Assembly (NCBI RefSeq): GCF_000196355.1
Contig: NC_007614.1
Span: 2,400,001-2,432,000, forward strand
DNA: 32,000 bases
Direction: 5' to 3'
DNA from: Nitrosospira multiformis ATCC 25196
GTDB taxonomy: Bacteria > Pseudomonadota > Gammaproteobacteria > Burkholderiales > Nitrosomonadaceae
Shown here: in pieces, positions 25,775-32,000 of the stretch
How the letters are laid out: the number at the start of each line of letters is the position of its first letter
Position numbering within the stretch: the first letter of the stretch is position 1
Notes under the pieces: model-generated
What the model saw: only the letters and a program-made list of their open reading frames with translations
Told to the model about the DNA's origin: nothing
The model's database searches: none
Program-made: the position numbers and the translations under genes

Positions 25775-27100
25775 TCAGGATTCCGCATAGGAGTCTGGGA
25801 GTTTCTCCTCGATTGGCGCTAACGGAGGAAAGATCCGCACCACTTTTACCACACGGTCCTGGGTCTGGATGATTTCCATGGGATAACCTGCAATCTTCAC
25901 GCTGGTCCCGGCCTCAGGAATGTCCTGGAAGTATTCGAGAATGAGCCCATTCAATGTCTTGGGTCCGCCCAGAGGCAGATTCCAGCCAAGCTTGCGGTTG
26001 AGATCGCGCAACAGATTGCTGCCTTCCACGATTACACTCCCGTCTTCCTGCTTCAGGAAATTACCGGCCTGCGAAGGCGCATGAGTGGTGAATTCTCCGA
26101 TGATTTCTTCGACAATATCCTCCAGTGTCACCAGACCCATCCATTCTCCATACTCGTCCACGATCAGGCCGACGCGCTCGCGGTTTTCCTGGAATAATTG
26201 CAGTTGCGAAAACAGGGGTGTTCCGGAGGGAATGAAGTAAGGCTCGCGCATGATTTTCTCCAGCGTTACAGCCGTGATGTTCTCGCTTCTCATCTGGTTG
26301 AGCACCTTGCGCACATGAATTATTCCGGTAACGTTATCCATCGCACCACGGTATACCGGCAGGCGCGTGTGATAACAAGTCAGCAGTTGATCCCGGATGC
26401 TCTCATCGTCGTCTTCTAGGTCTATTGCCTCGATCTGGCCGCGCGGCACCATGACGTCGTCGACCGTGACATTCTCGAGATCGAACAGGTTGAGCAGCAT
26501 GCTCTGGTGTTTTTGCCGGATGAAGTGGCCTGCTTCCAGCACGAGTGTTTTGAGTTCCTCAAGGCTGATTTTCTGAGTCAGATCCTCGTTCTGCGGTTTC
26601 AGGCGCAGAAGGATAAGCAGCGCCTTCACAAACAGGTTGATGAACCATACCACAGGCGAGAAGACTTTCAGTAGTGGCGTCAACACATAGCTTGACGCCA
26701 GGGCGATACGCTCGGGATAGGCCGCGGCGACAACTTTCGGAGTGATTTCACTGAATACCAGGATAGCGAAGGTCACCCCTACCGTTCCAATAAAAAGAGC
26801 CGCATCGCTGTGCCCGAAGAAAATGGACACAATCACTGCAACCAGTGTGGCTGCGGCCGCATTCAGCAAGTTGTTGCCAAGGAGAATCACCCCTAGAAGA
26901 CGGTCGGTATTCAGCAGCAACTGACTGGTGAGGCGGGCGCCGCGATGGCCTTCTTTTGCAAGATGCTTCAACCGGTAACGGTTGATTGCCATCATGCTGG
27001 TTTCGGAAAGGGAAAAAAAAGCGGATAAAATCAACAGAACAGCCAGTGCTGCGAGCAGCACATACCACGGCATGTCTTCCAAGAGAAGGCCTTTCTGCAA
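25775..27100 (-). CDS. HlyC/CorC family transporter (DUF21/CNNM - CBS pair - CorC_HlyC)
   Basis: The N-terminal 4-TM DUF21 domain reads (..SAFFSLSETSMMAINRYRLKHLA..G...A). A CBS pair follows (..V.DVMVPR..I..I......I......H.R.PVY). The C-terminal transporter-associated domain reads (..DG...V.G...L.DLN..L....P.....TLNGLILE....IPE.G). Confidence 0.9.
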   Translation of the reverse strand: MQKGLLLEDMPWYVLLAALAVLLILSAFFSLSETSMMAINRYRLKHLAKEGHRGARLTSQLLLNTDRLLGVILLGNNLLNAAAATLVAVIVSIFFGHSDAALFIGTVGVTFAILVFSEITPKVVAAAYPERIALASSYVLTPLLKVFSPVVWFINLFVKALLILLRLKPQNEDLTQKISLEELKTLVLEAGHFIRQKHQSMLLNLFDLENVTVDDVMVPRGQIEAIDLEDDDESIRDQLLTCYHTRLPVYRGAMDNVTGIIHVRKVLNQMRSENITAVTLEKIMREPYFIPSGTPLFSQLQLFQENRERVGLIVDEYGEWMGLVTLEDIVEEIIGEFTTHAPSQAGNFLKQEDGSVIVEGSNLLRDLNRKLGWNLPLGGPKTLNGLILEYFQDIPEAGTSVKIAGYPMEIIQTQDRVVKVVRIFPPLAPIEEKLPDSYAES

Positions 27101-27206
27101 GTAGACAAAAATTCAGGGCGGAAAGAAGGCAGAATAACTGGAGATTCCATCCCCGGATTTCCTTGCACTTTTTCCACCCCAACTGTTTTCTGACACATAG
27201 ATACTG

Positions 27207-28034
27207 CTAGCGATGCAGGATCACTTCCAGTACAAACTTGCTGCCGAGATAAGCCAGCAGGAGGATGGTGAATCCGCTCAGCGTCCAGCGAATGGCGATG
27301 CGCCCGCGCCAGCCGTAAAACTGCCTGCCCGCCAGCAGTGCTGCGAACACGCACCATGAAATGATACCGAACAGGGTTTTATGCGTGAATTTGAGAGGTT
27401 GCCCGAAGACCTCTTCTGAAAAGACGATACCGCTGATGAGTGTGAGCGTGAGTAGTATGAACCCCACCCAGATGACGCGAAACAGCAGGTTTTCCATGGT
27501 CAGCAGCGGCGGCATATTGGTCAGTACCGAGGGCAAGGTCGGGTGATGCAACCGCCGCTCCACCACTGCCATGAGCAACGCATGCAGTGCGGCAATGGTC
27601 AACAGGCTGTAAGCCAGCATGGCAATCGAGATATGCGCCTTAAAAGCGGGAAATTCGGTATTGGCCAGGGGGCGCAGGGAGGGAAATGCCAGCGGCAGCA
27701 GTACGGCCACGGCTGCAACTGGCGCGACCAGTGTTTGCAGCCCCTCCAGCCGATAAAAAAATCCGGATAACCAGTAAATCATGGCCGTGAGCCATACAAT
27801 GGAAGAAACCGCGCTGCCCACGCCGAAATTCAATCCTACCCCTGCAAACACCGCTTCATACAGCGTATAGCCATGCAATACCAGGGGCGCGACAATGGCA
27901 TACCGTTCCCATCCCGCACCGGCAGCCTCGCCTCCTCCTGACCTCGCAGGAACATTCCACCGGGTGCGCCAGAAGTGCCAGCCGATCAGTGCATAGAGCA
28001 GGAAGGCAGCGAGATAGGCTAAAATATCGGACAT
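27207..28034 (-). CDS. Cytochrome c assembly-family inner membrane protein (CcsA-like, YpjD-type)
   Basis: This is an 8-TM protein of 275 aa, divergently adjacent to ffh as ypjD is in E. coli. It carries a W-rich/aromatic loop (FTHKTLFGIISWCVFAALLAGRQFYGWRGR) typical of the family. Confidence 0.8.
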   Translation of the reverse strand: MSDILAYLAAFLLYALIGWHFWRTRWNVPARSGGGEAAGAGWERYAIVAPLVLHGYTLYEAVFAGVGLNFGVGSAVSSIVWLTAMIYWLSGFFYRLEGLQTLVAPVAAVAVLLPLAFPSLRPLANTEFPAFKAHISIAMLAYSLLTIAALHALLMAVVERRLHHPTLPSVLTNMPPLLTMENLLFRVIWVGFILLTLTLISGIVFSEEVFGQPLKFTHKTLFGIISWCVFAALLAGRQFYGWRGRIAIRWTLSGFTILLLAYLGSKFVLEVILHR

Positions 28035-28047
28035 TGATATTGCAGAT

Positions 28048-28077
28048 TAAATGAAACTAAATGAAACCTTCATTTAG
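28048..28077. repeat. Tandem 10-bp direct repeat TAAATGAAAC x2 followed by an inverted copy, giving a 9-bp stem hairpin. It lies in the ypjD-like/ffh divergent promoter region.
   Basis: Positions 28048-28057 and 28058-28067 are both TAAATGAAAC. CTAAATGAA (28057-28065) pairs with TTCATTTAG (28069-28077). Confidence 0.5.
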
Positions 28078-28109
28078 TCTACACCAATTTTTCCGGAGAG
28101 GCATTTTGC

Positions 28110-29459
28110 ATGTTTGACAATCTTACCAACCGGCTTTCAGGCGTCATCAAGACTTTGCGGGGTGAAGCACGGCTGACTGAAACCAATATACAGGAAGCGC
28201 TGCGGGAAGTGCGCATGGCGCTGCTGGAAGCGGATGTCGCGCTGCCGGTAATCAAGGAATTCATTGCGCGGGTGAAGGAAAAAGCAGTTGGCCAGGAAGT
28301 AATCGGCAGCCTTACGCCAGGACAGGCATTGGTGGGCGTAGTCCACCAGGAACTGATCGCCCTCATGGGAGGCCAGAAAGCAGATATCAACCTTGCCACT
28401 GTCCCCCCTGCGGTGATTCTCATGGCGGGGTTGCAGGGCGCCGGAAAAACCACGAGCAGCGGAAAGCTGGCGAAGTGGCTGATGGAACAAAAAAAGAAAA
28501 AAGTATTGCTTGTCTCCTGCGATATCTATCGGCCAGCCGCAATTCAGCAACTGGAACTCCTGGCGCGACAAACGGGCGCCGAGTTCTTTCCGGTTCAAGC
28601 CGGACAGCAGCCGAAAGAAATTGCAGCGGCTGCCCTCAACTTCGCACGTCGGCACTTTCATGATGTGATGATCGTGGATACGGCCGGACGCCTCGCCATC
28701 GACGAAGCAATGATGGCGGAAATCAGCGAGCTGGAAGCCTTGCTGAAACCCATCGAAACCTTGTTCGTGGTGGATGCCATGCAGGGGCAGGATGCCGTCA
28801 ACACCGCCAAGGCATTTTCCGAAGCGCTGCCCCTGACCGGCGTAGTACTGACAAAGCTGGATGGAGATGCGCGAGGCGGGGCAGCCCTTTCCGTGCTTCA
28901 CGTAACGGGGAAACCCATCAAATTCGCCGGTGTCGCCGAAAAACTGACCGGGTTGGAACCGTTTCATCCTGACCGTATGGCCTCACGGATTCTGGGAATG
29001 GGCGATGTACTGGGACTGATCGAGGAAGCCCAGCGCGGCGTGGATCAGCAGGAGGCCGAGAAACTTGCCAAAAAGATGAAATCGGGCAAAAGCTTTGACC
29101 TGAACGATTTCAAGATGCAGTTTGAACAGATGAGGAACATGGGGGGCATGGGCGCGCTGATGGATAAATTGCCTGCTCAGTTGAGCCAGGCTGCCCAGAA
29201 TGTGAAAGTCGATGATAAGGTTATCGGCCGCACCGAAGGCATCATCAATTCCATGACGCCGCAGGAACGTCTCAAACCGGAAATCCTCAAAGCCTCGCGC
29301 AAGCGTCGTATTGCTGCAGGCGCAGGTGTCACGGTACAGGAAGTGAATCGACTGCTGGCGCAGTTCGAGCAGGCGCAAAAAATGATGAAAATGATGAACA
29401 AGGGAGGCATGACGAAAATGCTGCGAAGCATGAAGGGAATGCTGCCCGGCATGCGCTGA
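28110..29459 (+). CDS. ffh: Signal recognition particle protein Ffh
   Basis: The N-terminus is MFDNLTNRLSGVIKTLRG. The NG domain contains GLQGAGKTT and DTAGR. The Met-rich M domain reads (..MRNMGGMGALMDKLP..MMKMMNKGGMTKMLRSMKGMLPGM). Confidence 0.97.
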   Translation: MFDNLTNRLSGVIKTLRGEARLTETNIQEALREVRMALLEADVALPVIKEFIARVKEKAVGQEVIGSLTPGQALVGVVHQELIALMGGQKADINLATVPPAVILMAGLQGAGKTTSSGKLAKWLMEQKKKKVLLVSCDIYRPAAIQQLELLARQTGAEFFPVQAGQQPKEIAAAALNFARRHFHDVMIVDTAGRLAIDEAMMAEISELEALLKPIETLFVVDAMQGQDAVNTAKAFSEALPLTGVVLTKLDGDARGGAALSVLHVTGKPIKFAGVAEKLTGLEPFHPDRMASRILGMGDVLGLIEEAQRGVDQQEAEKLAKKMKSGKSFDLNDFKMQFEQMRNMGGMGALMDKLPAQLSQAAQNVKVDDKVIGRTEGIINSMTPQERLKPEILKASRKRRIAAGAGVTVQEVNRLLAQFEQAQKMMKMMNKGGMTKMLRSMKGMLPGMR

Positions 29460-29515
29460 AGGAACTCCTCCTTAACAAGCGCGAGGGCTGCGAGAGATAC
29501 TGGCGTCGCCTTAGA

Positions 29516-29947
29516 TCATTCCGCCGCCGGCACTTTTTCGAGACCATTGATTCGCTGGCCCGGCTTGATATTTCTTGCCGCAAACCAGCCAAGATTCATT
29601 TCGAGCGCATATTTTGCCGCGCCGGCTGAGCTATGCGCTGTGGTCGTGCGAGGCATCATGTCGGCGATGTTAAGAATAACCCCTTTTTCATCCAGGAAAG
29701 CAATACTCAAGGGAATATCCGTGTTCATCATCCACATGCTGTAGTGTTCAGGGTGAGAAAACACGAACAGCATTCCGTCGTTTTCACCCAGGGATTGTCG
29801 AAACATCAATCCCTGGATCCGGGCGGGTTCCGTATGCGCCACTTCAACCGAAAAAGTGTGACGGGATATGCTGAGCTGACGTACCGGCATTTCTGCCCTG
29901 CCTGGCGCCGATAAAAGAAAAACGAGAATAAAGGCGAAGATGCGCAT
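29516..29947 (-). CDS. DUF192 domain-containing protein (secreted)
   Basis: A signal peptide ([18 protein letters not shown]) is present. The core reads ..GLMFR..L....GMLF.F......MWM.NT.IPL.IAF.D..G.I... typical of DUF192. Its ATG overlaps the dut TGA (TGATG). Confidence 0.8.
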   Translation of the reverse strand: MRIFAFILVFLLSAPGRAEMPVRQLSISRHTFSVEVAHTEPARIQGLMFRQSLGENDGMLFVFSHPEHYSMWMMNTDIPLSIAFLDEKGVILNIADMMPRTTTAHSSAGAAKYALEMNLGWFAARNIKPGQRINGLEKVPAAE

Positions 29948-30396
29948 CAGTGCTTCCCGGTACTGCCAAACCCATTCGCGCCCCGCTCGCTTTGCTCGAA
30001 GTCATCCACCACTTTAAAACCAACCTGTACGACGGGTACCACTACGAGTTGCGCAATGCGCTCCAGCGGGTTCAACAGGAAAGGTGCTTGCCCCCGATTC
30101 CAGCACGATACGAATATCTGCCCCTGGTAATCCGAGTCGATCAACCCCACCAGATTTCCCATCACGATCCCGTGCTTGTGGCCGAGGCCGGAGCGGGGGA
30201 GCACCAGTGCGGCGAGCCCGGGGTCGGACAGATGGATTGCAATTCCGGTGGGGATAAGATGGGCTTCTCCAGGCTGAATCGTCATCACATGCTCGATGCA
30301 CGCGCGCAAGTCGAGGCCGGCGGAGCCGGAGGTCGCATAGGCGGGCAACTGATCTTTCAGGCGCGAATCGAGAATTTTTATATCTATTTTTTTCAT
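29947..30396 (-). CDS. dut: dUTP diphosphatase
   Basis: [12 protein letters not shown]....[14 protein letters not shown]..........LIPTG.AI........[25 protein letters not shown]......WNRG...F.....ERIAQ.V.. is the canonical Dut sequence. There is an ATGA overlap with the coaBC stop. Confidence 0.95.
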   Translation of the reverse strand: MKKIDIKILDSRLKDQLPAYATSGSAGLDLRACIEHVMTIQPGEAHLIPTGIAIHLSDPGLAALVLPRSGLGHKHGIVMGNLVGLIDSDYQGQIFVSCWNRGQAPFLLNPLERIAQLVVVPVVQVGFKVVDDFEQSERGANGFGSTGKH

Positions 30397-31628
30397 GAAT
30401 TAAAATTCCGCCATTTTTCATAAAGCGATGCTGCATGAGCGATGAGGTGCCGCGCCTGTTCGATTTTCGACGATTTTGGCAAGGAATGCCTGCCGGAATC
30501 ATCGAAGAGCGTCAACGCAACTTCCTCCGCACCTATCGCCTCCTGGGCGAGATTGGCAGCAAGAAGTGGAAGCTTTTTCCGACGGCGCTTGGCTTCGGCA
30601 TTCTCTTCCAGATTTTGGGTCTCCGCAGCAAAACCGATGCAAAACGGCGGATCCGGCAGATTTGCCACGTATTCAAGAATATCAGGATTGGGAACAAGCT
30701 CCAGGATGATATTGCTGTCATTCTTTTTCGTTTTGTGTTCGCTGGCATTTTTGGGACGATAGTCAGCCACGGCAGCGACGCTTATAAAAAAATCGACTTG
30801 TTGAACCTGTTGAACTTCGCTTTTTACGGCTATCAGCATATCCTGCGCGCTTGTCACCTTGATGAGGCGAGCGCGCGGTGGCGCTTCCAGGCAAACCGGC
30901 CCGGATACGAGGATTACTTCCGCTCCTGCCTCGGCTGCGGCACGCGCCACTGCATACCCCATTTTGCCGGAACTTGAATTGGTTATCCCGCGAACCGCAT
31001 CGATTGCTTCGAAGGTAGGTCCGGCAGTGATGAGTACGCGCTTGGTATGCAGCAGTTTGGGTTGAAAAAAAGCGTGTACCGCTTCCGCGAGTTCATGCGC
31101 TTCGAGCATGCGTCCCATGCCGGTTTCGCCACACGCCTGCACGCCGCTGGCAGGACCCAGCACTGTCACGCCATCCCCGCGCAACGTGTCGAGATTGCGA
31201 CGGGTGGCGGAATTTTCCCACATCTGCCGATTCATTGCGGGAGCAATCAGCAAGGGGCATGCGCGCGCAAGGCATAATGTGGAGAGCAGGTCATCCGCGA
31301 GGCCGTGGGCAACCTTGGCAATAAAGTCGGCGCTGGCGGGGGAAATGACAATAGCATCGACGTTGCGCGAAAGGTCGATATGAGCCATGTTGTTGGCTAC
31401 GCTGGCATCCCACAGCTCGGTAAATACGGGCTTGCCGGTCAAGGCCTGTAGCGTGGCCGTACCGACAAAACGGCAGGCTGACGCCGTCATGACTGCCTGC
31501 ACCTCCATGCCCCCGCTTATCAAAAGGCGCACCAGTTCTGCCGCCTTGTATGCCGCAACTCCCCCCGTGAGTCCCAAAAGCACGCGTCTTGCCTCGGGCG
31601 TCCTGCCAGTCGTCTTCAACCGAATCAC
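30393..31628 (-). CDS. coaBC: Bifunctional phosphopantothenoylcysteine decarboxylase / phosphopantothenate-cysteine ligase
   Basis: The flavoprotein N-domain reads (..[20 protein letters not shown]...G..V.....A..F....T..AL). The CoaB domain reads (..ITAGPT.E.ID.VR.ITN.SSGKMG.A.A.AA...GA.V.L..GP). The conserved coaBC-dut order is present. Confidence 0.95.
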   Translation of the reverse strand: MIRLKTTGRTPEARRVLLGLTGGVAAYKAAELVRLLISGGMEVQAVMTASACRFVGTATLQALTGKPVFTELWDASVANNMAHIDLSRNVDAIVISPASADFIAKVAHGLADDLLSTLCLARACPLLIAPAMNRQMWENSATRRNLDTLRGDGVTVLGPASGVQACGETGMGRMLEAHELAEAVHAFFQPKLLHTKRVLITAGPTFEAIDAVRGITNSSSGKMGYAVARAAAEAGAEVILVSGPVCLEAPPRARLIKVTSAQDMLIAVKSEVQQVQQVDFFISVAAVADYRPKNASEHKTKKNDSNIILELVPNPDILEYVANLPDPPFCIGFAAETQNLEENAEAKRRRKKLPLLAANLAQEAIGAEEVALTLFDDSGRHSLPKSSKIEQARHLIAHAASLYEKWRNFNS

Positions 31629-31774
31629 TCCCTAAAAAAGAGGAGTCTAACTCAATACTCCCAAAACCCGCACCGCTTTACGGGCGATATATTCTTCAGC
31701 TACAGTTTTTTCACAAACTGACGTTTAAGCGAGGGAATCCCTGAACAATTCCCCGCTACACTGCTACATTTACT

Positions 31775-32000
31775 ATGTCGATTTCAGACTGGCCCGAAGC
31801 CGAGCGCCCACGGGAAAAACTCCTGAAGAACGGGCCCGCATACCTTTCCGATGCGGAATTGCTGGCGATATTCCTGCGTACGGGCATCGCCGGCAAGAGC
31901 GCGGTCGATCTGGCAAGAGAACTGCTCAAACGTTTCAGGGGTTTGACGGGGCTCTTTGCCGCAGATCAAGGCGCATTCTGCCAGGTGCCGGGAATGGGGC
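31775..32000 (+). CDS. radC: RadC-family (UPF0758/JAB) protein, N-terminal part; 3' end lies outside the window
   Basis: ATG 31775 opens a frame that runs to the window edge: [63 protein letters not shown]. This is the characteristic RadC N-terminus (..RPREKL...G...LSD.ELLAI.LRTG..G.S...LA..LL). It is absent from the ORF track because no stop falls in the window. It is divergent from coaBC, the conserved arrangement. Confidence 0.85.
   Translation, partial: MSISDWPEAERPREKLLKNGPAYLSDAELLAIFLRTGIAGKSAVDLARELLKRFRGLTGLFAADQGAFCQVPGMG

Noticed and set aside
28137-28967. A 276-aa minus-strand ORF antisense to ffh.
   Set aside because: It is a shadow ORF inside the highly conserved ffh gene.

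Overview
This window is mostly a housekeeping chromosomal segment. Gene order and protein sequences look betaproteobacterial, possibly Nitrosomonadales-like; that is my guess, not a search result. In order it holds: a czcCBA-type heavy-metal RND efflux operon (5' end cut by the window); a 1.3 kb stretch with no convincing intact gene (5361-6688); a DUF2863-like gene; msrB-yciB-yciI-bolA-parvulin PPIase; alr; lplT; a lemA-TPM-TPM operon; an OprB-like porin; tsaB-rimI-udg(family 4); a host-attachment-family gene; thpR; ispD/ispF; an orphan PspF-like AAA+ enhancer-binding protein; zapD-coaE-pilD; a CorC/HlyC-type transporter; a ypjD/ccsA-like gene divergent from ffh; DUF192-dut-coaBC; and the start of radC. 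I found no tRNA, rRNA, CRISPR array, intact mobile element or recognisable multi-gene defence system. The most unusual sequence is 5361-6688. It contains an inverted-repeat-bounded ~187 bp element. It also holds a frameshifted, truncated N-terminus of a PatA/PatG-like S8 subtilase. Directly after that comes an 18-aa micro-ORF with a perfect Shine-Dalgarno site, and it is in frame, across a single TAA, with a Cys-rich tail. This may be a decayed RiPP/bacteriocin-like locus. Two other points deserve a second look: a near-consensus sigma-54 promoter aimed at the lemA-TPM-TPM operon, and an enhancer-binding protein whose GAFTGA sigma-54 contact loop is replaced while its ATPase motifs are intact. 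All family calls come from reading the translations by eye. No searches were run.
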